Shown here: positions 12,667 to 25,920 of the stretch, one piece after another | Layout: every line of letters begins with the position of its first letter | Numbering within the stretch: the first letter of the stretch is position 1 | Assembly (NCBI GenBank): GCA_964016885.1 | Contig: OZ024756.1 | Location: 18,662,001-18,726,000, forward strand | Origin: Eledone cirrhosa | Lineage: Eukaryota | Reading direction: 5' to 3' | Length of the DNA stretch: 64,000 bases | The notes under the pieces: model-generated | The model's database searches: none | What the model was told of the DNA's origin: nothing | Seen by the model: only the letters and a program-made list of their open reading frames with translations | Program-made: the position numbers and the translations under genes

Positions 12667-14068
12667 AAAAAGGAAAGAAAGACAGAAAACGAAGAAAAAG
12701 AAAAAGAAGAAATGCATGGAACAAAATAGAGAGATGGAAAGATAGATAAAGAGAAGAACTTCATGTAAAGAAACAGAAAGAGATATATATATATAGAGAG
12801 AGGAAATAGAGATAGATACATATATAGAAAGCTAGGTAGTGGGACAACTGTTGAATAACGTATCAATGATACATTTATTTGTTTATTTATTTATTTAGCT
12901 CTAGTATTAATGTAAGGGAGATATATGGAGGGAAAACCAGCTGTTATATAGGGAGAGAAAAAATATAGAGAGAGAAAAAAAAAAAAAAAAAAAAAAAAGA
13001 GAGAGAGAGAAAATTCAAAAATATCCAGACACAGGCGAGGCGTACAAACCTCTGTTTTAATGTAGAGGTATTAGTATTTACAAAACCAGCCTCTGCATTG
13101 TAAATATCAGTATTCCTGAATGAGATATGTATCCACAATGTGTGAAAATTAATGATCTTATGTTTAGTTTTTTAAAAAATTCATATGTTTATGTGATAAT
13201 TACAAACATCTATGTGAATGTACATGATCAATTCTGCAAACCCTAAGTTCACGGAAAGTATTCTCAATGCGGTATAAAAATTTAAGTATATATATATGTG
13301 TATATAGAGTCAATATTACTATTTCTGTCTCTACTCTACAAGATTATCTATCAAGCAAAGATAGAGCAGATTTCAATATACTAATAAAAATAAAAATAAA
13401 AATATATCGGAAACAAGACTAAACTAAAAATAACAATAATAATAATAAGTAATAATAAAATAGAAAACTAAGAAATATTACGAAAGAATATTACATATTA
13501 AAAATATTACATATTAAAAAATTTACATATTAAAAATATTAAAAAAATAAAAAAATAAAAAATAAAAATTAGGAAATACTACAGTAATAAAAATAAAATA
13601 AACCACAAAGAACAACCCTTCAAAATTAATTGACAATATATTGCCAAGTTCATTATAAACATCAGAGTCGAAAAACAGATAAAGCCAAAAATTATCTATC
13701 AAATCGCATCTAGCAAAGATCATTTCAAAAAGTATAGGATGCCCAATTTGGTCTACATGTGTTCTTATATTTAGTAGTTTATCTAGTGTAACGTTTATTC
13801 GAAATATTTGGAGCATCAACTTTTAGGATAGCTTAATTTTTCATGAAGAATGTTTAAATAAATAAAATAAAAATAAAAAGAGTAAAAAGAGAATCAAAGA
13901 TTTATCGGCTAGTTTCCCATATAATTATAAATCAAACTAAATATACTACATTTTAAATTTAAATTATTTAATATTGTAAATATACTCCAAATATTTGTCG
14001 AGTGCTTTTATATCAGTTATAAATATTTACTAGTTGTAACACAACAATTTTAAATATAACTTTCCATA
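12418..14068 (-). mobile_element. Family C PLE-type insert: long inverted 3' region (-) joined to a short + strand tail
   Basis: Starts (TA)n-CAATATTAAATAAATGGAAAC with a minus-strand hammerhead; ends with ATTTAATATTGTAAATATACTCCAAAT...GAGTGCTTTTATATCAG..., nearly identical to 25765-25865, then (TA)n. The interior is AT-rich non-coding sequence and its membership is inferred. Confidence 0.6.
12459..12524 (-). ncRNA. Type I minimal hammerhead ribozyme
   Basis: tattttgt CTGAGGA aggcatagcatatt-gtt-aatatgttatccct GAAA tatata TA atgaaata. Confidence 0.8.
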
Positions 14069-14667
14069 TATATATATATATATATGTATATGTGTATATA
14101 TATATGTATGTATATGTGTATAGCTGTCTATGTGTGTGTGTGTATGTATTTATCTATGTGTGTATATATGTATGTATATATATATATATACATATGTATA
14201 TATGTATGTATATGTGTCTGTATGTATTTATCTATGTGTATATATATGTATGTATATATGTATAGCTATCTATGTATGTGTGTATGTATTTATCTATGTG
14301 TGTATATATATATGTATATATGTATGTATGTATATATGTATGTATATGTATATATCTATGTGTATATATATATATATATACATCTATATGTATGTATATT
14401 TGTATATATATGTGTGTATAAGTATTTATCTATGCATGAATATGCATGTATGTGTATATATATATGTATAGATATGTGTGTGTATATATATATGTGTATA
14501 TCTATGTATATATGTATATTTGTATATATATATGTGTGTGTAAGTATTTATCTATGTGCGTATATATGCATGTATGTGTATATATATGTATAGCTATGTG
14601 TGTATATATGTATGTGTGTATATATATATGTGTATATCTATGTATGTATGTATATATGCATGTATGT

Positions 14668-14707
<40 letters not shown>

Positions 14708-15523
14708 AGCTATGTGTGTATATATATGTGTATATCTATGTATGTATATATGCATGTATGTGTATATATATATATGTATAGCTATGTGTGTATATATATG
14801 TGTATATCTATGTATGTATGTATATATGCATGTATGTGTATGTGTATATATATATATATATATATGTATAGCTATGTGTGTATATATATGTGTATATCTA
14901 TGTATGTATGTATATATGCATGTATGTGTATGTGTGTATATATATATATATATGTATAGCTATGTGTGTATATATATGTGTATATCTATGTATGTATATA
15001 TGCATGTATGTGTATATATATATATATATGTATAGCTATGTGTGTATATATATGTGTATATCTATCTATGTATGTATATATGTATGTATATATACATGTA
15101 TGTGTATATATATATATATGTATAGCTATGTGTGTATATATATGTGTATATCTATGTATGTATATATGCATGTATGTGTGTATATATATATATATGTATA
15201 GCTATGTGTGTATATATATGTGTATATCTATGTATGTATATATGCATGTATGTGTGTATATATATATATATGTATAGCTATGTGTGTATATATATGTGTA
15301 TATCTATGTATGTATGTATGTATATATGCATGTATGTGTATGTGTATATATATATATATATGTATAGCTATGTGTGTATATATATGTGTATATCTATGTA
15401 TGTATATATGCATGTATGTGTATATATATATATATATGTATAGCTATGTGTGTGTATATATATGTGTATATCTGTGTATGTGTGTATATATATATATATA
15501 TACATCTATGTATGTATGTATGT
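14069..15523. repeat. TA/TATG-derived ~76-90-bp minisatellite (TATAGCTATG...TATCTATG...TATGCATG)
   Basis: The landmark TATAGCTATG recurs about 12 times between 14590 and 15450. Confidence 0.9.
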
Positions 15524-15727
15524 AGGGCACACCTCTAATGACGTCAAAGCTGCGCCTCTCGACGTCTCCATTGATACAGAAATTGTTTACTAACTATTAT
15601 CTTAAACTTTCTTCTGTTGTGTAACTACCATACACTTGTGCCTTTCATAGTCTGTCAGTCTGTCAGTCTGTCAGTCTGTCTGTCTGTCTGTCAGTCAGCC
15701 AGTCTGTCAATCAGTCAGTCTGTCTGA

Positions 15728-16128
15728 CTCTCAGTCGGACACCTTTCTCTCCGGCCAACAACTGGTCCTTTTCTTCCGATACCATTTCGGAAGAAGGATC
15801 AGGATGGAGAGAGAGGTGCTCCACCCAAGCCAGTTTTATGAAAGGTGGGTGAAAGTTGCGAGAATGGCCCGTGTGAATGGGCCTTCTCTCTACCTCAGCC
15901 TGTAGGTGGAACAGAAAGAAGGGAGCACCCTCTCTCTGTGCTCCCGTGGAGAAGGGTCGCACACTTTTTTTCGGGGGTGTGTGTGACCCCAAAACGATCC
16001 CTCCCTATTGAGGACCTTCTTGTTATTATTTTGTTTGTTATATTTTTCTTACTCGATTTTTATGTAAACTCCCCCCACCCATGTACATGTCCCTTTCTTT
16101 TGTGCCCTAGTGGCAAATAAACAGAAAT
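15728..16128 (+). mobile_element. Tx1/L1-clade LINE, 5'-truncated 3' end
   Basis: Near-identical to 17095-17490; ends TGTGCCCTAGTGGCAAATAAACAGAAAT; flanked by (TCTG/TCAG)n. Confidence 0.85.
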
Positions 16129-16204
16129 CTGCCTGACTCTCAGTCAGTCTGTCCGTCAGTCTGTCAGTCTGCCAGTCTGTCTCTCTGTTTGTCTGTCTCT
16201 CTGT

Positions 16205-17490
16205 TTGTCGGCCGAGTGCACGCTATCTCTGAAAGGTCGGGCGGAGGTGGCGAACGCTTACATAGCGTCCGTCATCTATTACCGCTTGACTGTCGTGCGG
16301 TCTTTCACTTCCTTTGGAAGAAGGGGTCTCACCTGGTGAGGAGATCCATCTGCTGTCAACACCCTTTGAAAGGAGGGCTGGGGATGCCGTGGCTAAAAAT
16401 GCGTAAACACGCATTGAGGCTACGGCACCTCCAGGTATTCCTCACCGGTCAACCGGTGTGGGCCCCGTTTGTGAGGCGAGCCTTCCCGAGGCTCGTCTCG
16501 CTCACCGAGCTGCAGTCCTGGGTGAAGCAAAGACCGAGAAAACTGGGCGACTGGCACACCGAGTGTGCCCAGGCGCTCACGGCTCTCTGGCAGGCGGACC
16601 CGGCTATCGGTGGAGACTCCACCTCGTCATTCTATAGAGGGTTGGTGGTTAGCAGGTGCGACGACGCCCTCGGAGAAACCCTAGGCATGGAGGAGGACGA
16701 ACTCGCCAGCCTATTCGGTAGGACTTTCGGCCCGGGACCTATGGACAACTTATAGAAGTCCTTGGCCTGGCAGTGCTACCGAGGGGCTCTGCCCGTTCGG
16801 GATAAGCTCTACAGACACGGGCGCCCGGGCAGGGACCCCTCAAAAAAGATCTGTCCCAGATGCGTGCGCGACGAGGAAACCGTCGCGCACGCATTGGTAC
16901 ACTGCCCGAGCGTTACCGATCTGTGGGGCTATGTCGAACAACTGCTGTCACGGGTGGGACCAATTAGGTTGACCACTGAGTCCATTGTAACGATCAAGCC
17001 GCCTCCCCCCTTCAAAAATGAAGGAGAGGCGGTCTTCCTCTGTGTAATAGCCATGGTAAAAGAGGTTGTATAGTGGACACGTCTAAAAGGGGTGAGGTCG
17101 GACACCTTTCTTTCTGGCCAACAACTGGTCCTTTTCTTCCGATACTATTTCGGAAGAAGGATCAGGATGGAGAGAGAGGTGCTCCACCCCAGCAAGTTTT
17201 ATGGAAGGTGGGTGAAAGTTGCGAGAATGGCCCGTGTGAATGGGCCTTCTCTCTACCTCAGCCTGTAGGTGGAACAGAAAGAAGGGAGCACCCTCTCTTT
17301 GTGCTCCCGTGGAGAAGGGTCGCACACTTTTTTTCGGGGGTGTGTGTGACCCCAAAACGATCCCTCCCTATTGAGGACCTTTTTGTTATAATTTTATTTG
17401 TTATTACATTTTTTTACTCGATTTCTATGTACCCCCCCCCCCCTGCATGTGTCCCTTTCTTTTGTGCCCTCATGGCAAATAAACAGAAAT
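16205..17490 (+). mobile_element. Tx1/L1-clade LINE fragment (post-RT region and zf-RVT CCHC finger), pseudogenised
   Basis: FHFLWKKG...GGLGMPWL...; LAWQCYRGALPVRDKL...ICPRCVRDEETVAHALVHCP (zf-RVT), with in-frame stops; 3' UTR and AATAAA. Confidence 0.9.
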
Positions 17491-17593
17491 TAGTCTTTCT
17501 GTCTGTCTGCCAGTCTGCCTGCCTATCTCAGTCTGCCTGTCTGTCAGTCTGCCAGTTTGTATGTGTATGTATGTATGTATATATGTGTGTATA

Positions 17594-17900
17594 TAAAATA
17601 AAGTACCAGTAACGCACTGGGGTCGATTTAATGGACATTCTCCGCTTCCTCCAAATTGTTGACCTTGTGCTTAAATCAGAAACCCTTATTTCATATAAGA
17701 ACTGAGAAGGGGTTGGCAGAAACACTACGATCTTTACATTCTGAGTTCAAATCCCGCCGAGGTCAACTTTGCCTTTCAACCTTTCAAGAGTTGATAAATA
17801 CCAGTAATACACTGGTGGTCGATTTAATCGACTTTTCTGCCCCCCCCCCCCCCCCAAAAAAAAGTTTGTTTGTTTCGTGACTAAACCAGAAACCATTATT
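17594..17900 (+). mobile_element. Two degenerate tRNA-derived SINE pieces (octopus OK/OR-like family)
   Basis: B-box GAGTTCAAATCCC, GCCTTTC...TACCAGTAA, tail CTTGTGCTTAAATCAGAAAC. Confidence 0.75.
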
Positions 17901-17984
17901 TACCGCTGGCGTAATGTTTGTTTAGTAAGAAATTTTTGCGACTTATTTTATGAATAAAATATCGGTCGGTCGCTCTATTTTTTT

Positions 17985-18140
17985 GGTGTCCTTGGCCATT
18001 GGGCCATCTCCCTACTCAACACCATCGGCACGGAGTTGGCTACCGGCAGGTGTGAGCCTCGTGAACTGGAATGGCTCTTCCAACGCGTCTTCTTCACCAT
18101 CCTCCGGAGAAACGCCTTCTCCATTCTGTTTACCGGGGGC
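17985..18140 (+). mobile_element. CRE-clade (RLE) non-LTR retrotransposon C-terminal fragment
   Basis: GVLGHWAISLLNTIGTELATGRCEPRELEWLFQRVFFTILRRNAFSIL matches the EPRE..WLFQR.S.AI.RGNA.SI signature ending CRE-like ORFs. Confidence 0.65.
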
Positions 18141-18429
18141 TTTGGGGCGTCCATGCGTGCCCCCACCCCCTCCCCCCGTTTCATTATAATAGTGAAAGAT
18201 GGGGGGGGGGAGATCGAGAGAGACCGAGGCAGTGATAATGGGAGTTTGATACTATAATATTCAGGACGGGGAATTGGCGGTATCGGTAAGGCGTCGGGCA
18301 AAATGCTGTGTAGCATAGAGTTACGGCCCTTTACTAAGCTAATGGTTGGGAAGACTATAAATTTAATTGCTGATATATTTCTGAAAGCTAGTGCTCCAAA
18401 CCTTGTATTTCTTATGTTAGTACATTATT

Positions 18430-18960
18430 TGTGGATTGGCAGTATCGGTAGAGGGTCGGACGCCATGCTTTCCAGCATAGTTACGTCCCTTTACGATCTG
18501 AGTTCAAATCCCGCCGAGGTTAACTTTGCCTTTCATCCTTACGGGGTCGATAAAATAAAGTACCAGTAATGCACTGGGTATTTGCTGGCCTTGTGCCTAA
18601 AGTAGAAACAATTATTTAAATTCCGCCGAGGCGGTGGATTGGCAGTATCGGTAGAGGGTCGGACGCCATGCTTTCCAGCATAGTTACGTCCCTTTACGGT
18701 CTGAGTTCAAATCCCGCCGAGGTTAACTTTGCCTTTCATCCTTACGGGGTCGATAAAATAAAGTACCAGTAATGCACTGGGATAATTGCTGGCCTTGTGC
18801 CAAAAGTAGAAACAATTATTTAAATTCCGTCGAGGTTAGCTTTGCCTTTCGTCTTTACGGGGCCCGATAGAAGTACCAGTAATGCACTGCGGTCAATTTA
18901 ATCGACTTTTATCTCCCCCTCTTCAAAATTGCTGGCCTCGTGCCTATAGTAGAAACAATT
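18430..18960 (+). mobile_element. Three tandem tRNA-derived SINE copies (third 5'-truncated)
   Basis: GTGGATTGGCAGTATCGGTAG...GAGTTCAAATCCCGCCGAGG...GCCTTTCATCCTTACGGGGTCGATAAAATAAAGTACCAG...GGCCTTGTGCCAAAAGTAGAAAC. Confidence 0.9.
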
Positions 18961-19334
18961 CTGTTCGGTAGTTGCTAGGAATCTTTATTTCTTTTTATTC
19001 TCTATTAGCGGAGTTATAGTTTAGATAGCCTGCGGCAAATAGCAGACTTTGTCGTCGGGGGGAGTGTGGATAGTAGAGGGATTTGTCTGGCAATTGAGGT
19101 GTGTGGGAGTATGGTGAATGTGTGTAAATATGGAAATATGTAAGGAAAGAAGAGAGAGAGAGAGAGAGAAATAAGAAGACAGTTGTGATTCATTTAGAGA
19201 AAGTTTGTGTAAACATTAAAATGTCCCCCCCCCCTCCCGCCGCCGCCGCCGCCTCCTCTCCCGGTCTAAAAGAAATACTGACACCAAATATTAATGGCGT
19301 TTAATGTTATTCATGTGTCTGTAGCTCTCGCATG

Positions 19335-19523
19335 CCCTATATATATATGTATATATATATATATATATGTACATATATATGTACATATATATGTATGTAT
19401 ATATGTATATATATATATATGTACATATATATGTATGTATATATGTATATGTATATATATATATGTATATATGTATGTATATATGTATGTATGTATGTAT
19501 GTATTTATATATATATGTATATA

Positions 19524-19555
<32 letters not shown>

Positions 19556-19594
19556 GTATATATATATGTATATATATGTATGTATATATATATG

Positions 19595-19649
<55 letters not shown>

Positions 19650-19680
19650 GTATATATATATATATATGTATATATATATG

Positions 19681-19711
<31 letters not shown>

Positions 19712-19745
19712 GTATATATATATATATATATAATGTATATATATA

Positions 19746-19776
<31 letters not shown>

Positions 19777-19864
19777 TTATATGTATATATATATATATAT
19801 ATATGTATATATGTTTATATATATGTGTATACATATGTATGTATGTTTATATGTATACATACAA

Positions 19865-19903
<39 letters not shown>

Positions 19904-20080
19904 CACAGACATGTACACACATTTCCACTTTTAATTCGTCTTCGTGCTTTTAGCTCGATGCTCATGTAAAATCGATATTTACCTACATACATACATACAT
20001 ACATACATACATGTATGTATGTATGTATGTATGTATGTATGTATGTATGTATGTATGTATGTATGTATGTATGTATGTAT
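19335..20080. repeat. (TA/TATG)n, (CA)n, (CATA)n/(TATG)n microsatellites
   Basis: Direct reading. Confidence 0.95.
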
Positions 20081-20085
20081 GTCAT

Positions 20086-20688
20086 GTCACCAGTTGGTGC
20101 TACTGGTAACATGTATCCCAGTACAGCCAGTCCCATGGTCGGGTCGTTGGCGACTAAACTGGCAACCCCACCAAGGTTTCTTGGTGAGGAGGGTGACTTT
20201 GGACATCCTGCAGGACTAAAAACAAAACCTGTCAAAGGGCAAAGGAGCTCTTAAGAGTCAATGGCCATCCAAAATCACCGGGAGAGATGACCCCTTAGCC
20301 TTTGTCAAGGCAGAATTCTAGGAGAAGGAAAACTCTGATATAACACCTGCAACCCTGATGGTATCCAATGATGTTGACTTGTTCTTCTTTTTGGTAAATA
20401 TCATCTTGGTTAAGAGAGTGGGACTGGCTTTGTGCAGTGCCTTTGCTCATTATAAAAGCTTCACGGCACAGACATTGCTTTATATCTGGTGATCTCTCTG
20501 CACTTGTCATCACATGGTACCATGGGCCCAGCACTGTGTGTCAATAATTGTGACAAGTGTAGCGTTTGTACCAGAGTTTTCAAGTCGCTGGTTGGACTAA
20601 AATGTCACACTCGTTCAGCGCATCGGTAGGGGTTCTCCTACATGGATATAAAGTAGTGGCCGTACTCGAAAACGAGTTGGCAGCCACC

Positions 20689-20690
<2 letters not shown>
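20086..20690 (+). mobile_element. RTE-derived bipartite element, copy 3
   Basis: Colinear with 2842-3447. Confidence 0.85.
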
Positions 20691-20730
<40 letters not shown>

Positions 20731-20734
<4 letters not shown>

Positions 20735-20948
20735 GGCGCTAGCACTAAGACAGCATTTATGCACAATAGAGGTGTATATAAAAACATATATAGTCATATT
20801 TTATACGTTTATATACAATAAACATATGAGTAGCCTCACCATTTATTTTCCTTTGAATATATCATAGAGATTCCAGTATGTATTGAGAATGCCTGACAGC
20901 GCTGTTTCAAGATTCGTTAATCTTTCATCAGGAACACTCATTCAAATA
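20731..20948 (-). mobile_element. PLE-type mini-insert family D
   Basis: Hammerhead, AAATAAA and tail ending CGCCAATT-(TA)n; related piece at 26341-26419. Confidence 0.7.
20887..20939 (-). ncRNA. Type I minimal hammerhead ribozyme
   Basis: gagtgttc CTGATGA aagatt-aacg-aatctt GAAA cagcgctg TC aggcattc; GUC triplet and palindromic stem III. Confidence 0.85.
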
Positions 20949-20961
20949 GCGCGCGCACGCA

Positions 20962-21101
<140 letters not shown>

Positions 21102-21451
21102 CGAGAGTCGATTAAAAGGTTCATGCTAGAGCTGTGAAACCTTGCATGCATTAATTTCAACTGTTCTTATTAACAACTGCATTGTTTCTTTGTAGGGACA
21201 ATGTTGAAAAATAAACTTCATATAGGCATTCCATGAGAGTATCTTGGTCATAGGCTGTCTATGGAGAAGTGATGCTAGAAGTGTGAAATCTTGAATGTAT
21301 TAATTTAAACTCTTCTTATTAATAGCTACATTGTTTCTTTCCAAAGACAATGTTGCAAAACAATCCTCCTTTGGTCATTCTATGAACTTTTCAGTCCAGC
21401 CTCGTATTTCGGCTGCTGTAAGTCAAACTAACTGCACGTGAAAATGTATCG

Positions 21452-21485
21452 CTGATGAGACCAAACAAGATTGAAACATTGCCTA
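21452..21485 (+). ncRNA. Degenerate hammerhead-like motif
   Basis: CTGATGA gaccaaacaagatt GAAA cattg CC; stem II and U16.1 are damaged; same stem III (cattg) as 34880-34917. Confidence 0.45.
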
Positions 21486-21658
21486 TAAAAACAAAGTTCA
21501 CTCTTACTCTATAATTTTTTTAAAAAGAAACTTTGGATTAGCTGATGTTGTAGGAGTTATTTCCCTTGCTTGCTACGTTTAGAATCGAACACCGAAAAAA
21601 AAAAGTGTTGTTTTGAAAAACTTTTCCACTCACTATTGAAAAGATGTGCTTCTCCCGG

Positions 21659-21690
<32 letters not shown>

Positions 21691-21814
21691 CCAAATACAG
21701 ATACATACATACATATAGACACACACGCACACACACACTTACACACGCATATATAATATATATATATACCGTATATATATATATTTAATGTATAATAAAC
21801 AATACAATATAATT

Positions 21815-21884
21815 ACCTCATTACCAGAGGTTTCCCGAATAAGACGGATACAAGAAACGTCCGCATTCGTTCGTCAGACAAAGC
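21815..21884 (-). ncRNA. Type I minimal hammerhead ribozyme
   Basis: gctttgt CTGACGA acgaatgcgga...tccgtcttattcgg GAAA cctctgg TA atgaggt. Confidence 0.7.
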
Positions 21885-21946
21885 AATTGTAACTTACATA
21901 GAGCACTCGTCATTCCTCTGACTTTTTCAACGGAAACTTCAACACT

Positions 21947-22002
<56 letters not shown>

Positions 22003-22006
<4 letters not shown>

Positions 22007-22188
22007 AACCAGTAAGACCCCGACAGCTGAGCTCAAGCAGTTTCGACGGCTAATTCGAATTAGCCGTCGAAACGGCTTGAGCTCAGCTGTCGGGGTCTTA
22101 CTGGTTCCTATTACCCACTCTACTACCTCAAGTATTGAGTACTTTGGTGCGTTATGGTCCACCTGGTTCCTTACCACATTTCCTTCGT

Positions 22189-22190
<2 letters not shown>
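22003..22190 (+). mobile_element. PLE-type foldback mini-insert family A
   Basis: Near-perfect ~108-bp palindrome centred on CTAATTCGAATTAG plus an ~80-nt tail ending TTCGTTA-(TA)n. Confidence 0.85.
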
Positions 22191-22225
<35 letters not shown>

Positions 22226-22350
22226 TTATAAATGCTGGATACTCCCCGCCTCCCTCAAGTTGACCTATTTTCCTTCTATTCAATATATATATATGTCTGT
22301 GTGTGTGTTTTATGTGTTAGGTATTTCTGAAGGTATTTCTGAAGAAAAAG

Positions 22351-22354
<4 letters not shown>

Positions 22355-22410
<56 letters not shown>

Positions 22411-22543
22411 ACATGAATGTGTGTGTGTGTGTATATATGTGTGTGTGTGTGTGTATATATGTGTGTGTGTGTGTGTGTATATATGTGTGTGTGTGTGTGT
22501 ATATATGTGTGTGTGTGTGTGTATATATGTGTGTGTGTGTGTG

Positions 22544-22585
<42 letters not shown>

Positions 22586-22599
22586 TGTGTGTGTGTGTG

Positions 22600-22644
<45 letters not shown>

Positions 22645-22657
22645 GTGTGTGTGTGTG

Positions 22658-22704
<47 letters not shown>

Positions 22705-22992
22705 TTATGTGTGTGTGTGTATATATATATATGTGTGTGTGTGTATTTATGTGTGTGTGTGTGTGTGTGTGTATATTTATGTGCATATGTGTGTGTGTGT
22801 ATATTTATGTGTATATATGTGTGTGTGTATGTGTATGTTTGTTAATTTATACATGAATGAAATTATCTCCAAGTCTCTGTTTCTATAAATATATCGCTAT
22901 ATGTTGCTCGTACTTACTATCTCTGTATATAAATATGTATGCGTGTTTCTATATATATATATACATATATATATATATACATATATATATAC

Positions 22993-23066
<74 letters not shown>

Positions 23067-23215
23067 TTTATAAATTCGTTATCAATCGTGTCATTCATTC
23101 AGATTATAATTCTGCATTCTATATATACATATAATACACACACACACACACACTCTCTCTCTCACACACACACATATACACATACACATACATACACACA
23201 TACACACACACATAG
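22355..23215. repeat. (TA)n, (TG)n(TA)n compound and (CA)n microsatellites
   Basis: Direct reading. Confidence 0.9.
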
Positions 23216-23419
23216 TAGTGTGTGAACAATGTTTCAATATATCTGTTGCTTTAGATCTCACCATATATGTATATTTAGACATAAACGCCTCGTCTGTATA
23301 TAGAACATCTACGTGGGCCGAGAAAGACGGAGGAACCAATCTGGTTTCAATCCTTTCTTGGGATCACTGTTGTGATTCAATGTTGATGACCAAAGTGTAC
23401 CATCTCCACCACCTCTGAC

Positions 23420-24433
23420 ATCGGATTCTATTACAACTATGGAATTTACACCTGCAATGCTGCGACGTCACCTTAAAAATAAACGCAACCATGCCTCTCC
23501 TGTCCAGTCAGTCTTACTAGCAGCATTGCCAAACTGATGGAATCTTGTGTCAGAGAAACACTTTGAACTTCTGGAACTCTCACAGTCTTATCCGGCCCTC
23601 GCAATTTGGATTTATGCCTAACTCCAGCAGCTGTGATCAACTTATCGAGTTTCTTGAAGACATCATCTGGATCACTGATGGTGGCTCATGGGTGGATGTT
23701 GTTTACTTTGACTTGGTTAAAACTTTCAATTCTGTGCCACACAAAAGATTTATGGCAAAACTCTCTGCAATGGGTGTGAAGGATGATCTTTTTAACTGGT
23801 TGAAGTCCTTCATTCTCAGTCGAAGAGAGGTAGTCGCGGTTCTAGGACAGCATTCCTCACCATATGAGATGTCATCTGGTGTACCACAGGGATCTGTTCT
23901 TGGTCTCCATTTGTTTGTGGCATATATTAATGACATAGATGCCAACTTAAAGAATGCCACAGTACTGAAATATGCAGATGACATCAAACTATACCTTGAG
24001 ATAAAAAGGACAGATCCTGAACACTATAGATCTATCCTGTAATCAGACCTGGACACAATGCAACAATGGATCACGGACTGGCAATTCAAGTTGGCTGTGG
24101 GCAAGTGTACCACCATGCATTTTGGGAGTAAAAACTCAGCGTCCACATACTCCCTCCACAACACTAATATCAAGAAGTCTTCTTGTGAACGTGACCTAGG
24201 CATTACCGTCAGCAGCGATTTGCGTTGGACGAAGCACGTCTCTAAAATTGTCAAGAAGGCCGAGGGTGTCTTAGCATCACTCAGCAAGACCTTTGTCAGC
24301 CGCTCTCCAGCTATCTATTTAAAGCTGTATATAGCTATGGTGCGACCACACTTAGAATTTGCATCATCAGTCTGGAACCCCTTTCTTGCTCAGAACATTG
24401 ACCTCCTGGAAACTGTTCAGAGACGTGCAACCA
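23420..24433 (+). mobile_element. CR1-type LINE reverse transcriptase pseudogene fragment
   Basis: QFGFMPNSS, VDVVYFDLVKTFNSVPH, SGVPQGSVLG, YADDIKLY, ERDLGITV, LYIAMVRPHLEFASSVWNP...LETVQRRAT; one in-frame stop at 24040. Confidence 0.92.
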
Positions 24434-24463
24434 ATACAAATAGGTTGAAGACTTATATATGTA

Positions 24464-24842
24464 CGAAGGTAATCCCAAAAGTAAGGTCTCCAAAGCGATG
24501 GGTACGCAGAGAAACTGTTCGTACGGCTGTTGGCAACATGTTGTGATTGGTGCTCCCTTCACTCCCAAACAAGTATGCGCGCGTCAATCTTGGCTTGGCA
24601 GCCGTTGATAATAGAGCTCCCGTTGAACGCTACCGCCAAGTGCAAATTTCGCGCAGTTATTATATACAAGGGCAATCCCAAAAGTAAGGTCTCCTTCCGA
24701 GGAAAACATGCGTAAAGATCGGCGGATCACTCTGGATGCTCTCTGCATTTTGGTTCCTGAGGTTTCCTGAAGCACCATCCACAGGATTTTAACGGAAAAG
24801 TTGCAATATCGGAAGGAGACCTTACTTTTGGGATTGCCCTCG
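24464..24842 (+). mobile_element. Mariner-derived deleted elements (left TIR at 24464; complete 176-bp MITE 24667-24842)
   Basis: TA|C(G/A)A(A/G)GG(T/C)AATCCCAAAAGTAAGGTCTCC twice, and GGAGACCTTACTTTTGGGATTGCCCTCG|TA; transposase scraps ELPLNATAKCKFRAVI and RKDRRITLDALCILVPEVS*STIHRILTEKLQYRK. Confidence 0.85.
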
Positions 24843-24849
24843 TATGTGT

Positions 24850-25038
24850 ATAGTAGTTAGAGGGCCGAGCTTACAATCGCAAGGTTGTGAATTAGATTCT
24901 CGGACTGGGCTTTGTGTCGTGTCCTTGAGCAAGACACTTTATTTCACGTTGCTCCAATTTACTCAGCTGTAGAAATGAGTTGCGATGTCACTCGTGCCAA
25001 GCTGTATCGGCCACTGCCGTTCTATTGGACAACATCTT
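24850..25038 (+). mobile_element. CORE-like tRNA-derived SINE
   Basis: GTGTCCTTGAGCAAGACACTTTATTTCACGTTGCTCCA...CAGCTGTAGAAATGAGT. Confidence 0.7.
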
Positions 25039-25144
25039 ATGTAGTGTATATATACTGTACATAGTGTATATATATATTATATATACTAGCTCGCTGTTTC
25101 AAAACATACTTACTTCTCTCTCTCTCTCTATATATATATATATA

Positions 25145-25861
25145 ATTGGATACTTAGTAAAATCGAATCTCTGGCGGTTTGCAAGCAAATTCGGCCTACT
25201 ATATGAAATGAGTTAGCAAAGCACTCGATAAGGTAGGTCCTTAGAGTAATAACATACGTTTAAATAGCTTGATAAATTGAACATTGTGGTAGGCAAAATC
25301 TAACACACAATATACCAAAGTAACGAAAGAACTAAGAGGTTGAGAAAAATACACCAAGAAAAACGAAAAAAAAGCAATAGCCATACATATACCACAACAA
25401 GGATAAATACAGAAAGGTTGAAATAAATAAATAAATAAATATATATATATATATACGATATTAAATAAATGGAAACTATATATATTTCAGGGATATCATA
25501 TTAAAAATATGGTATGCCTTCATCAGACAAAATACAATATAAACAGTCTTATAAATAGATAGATTTGACATACCTTACACTTCAACTTCCATTTAAAAAT
25601 CAACTTTTTAAATGGAAGTTGAAGTGTAAGGTATGTCAAATCAATCTATTTATAAGACTGTTTATATTGTATTTTGTCTGATGAAGGCATACCATATTTT
25701 TAATATGATATCCCTGAAATATATATAATGAAATAAATATGGTTTTATAAATATAGTTTCCATTTATTTAATATCGTAAATATACTCCAAATACTTGTTG
25801 AGTGCTTTTATATCAGTTATAAATATTTACTCGTTGTAACCCAACAATTTAAATAAAACTT

Positions 25862-25920
<59 letters not shown>

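Noticed and set aside
13523-13819. 98-aa minus-strand ORF
   Set aside because: AT-rich, no RT or GIY-YIG motifs, and inside a presumed PLE 3' region.
18629-18725. tRNA genes
   Set aside because: A/B boxes are present but there is no cloverleaf; these are SINE heads.
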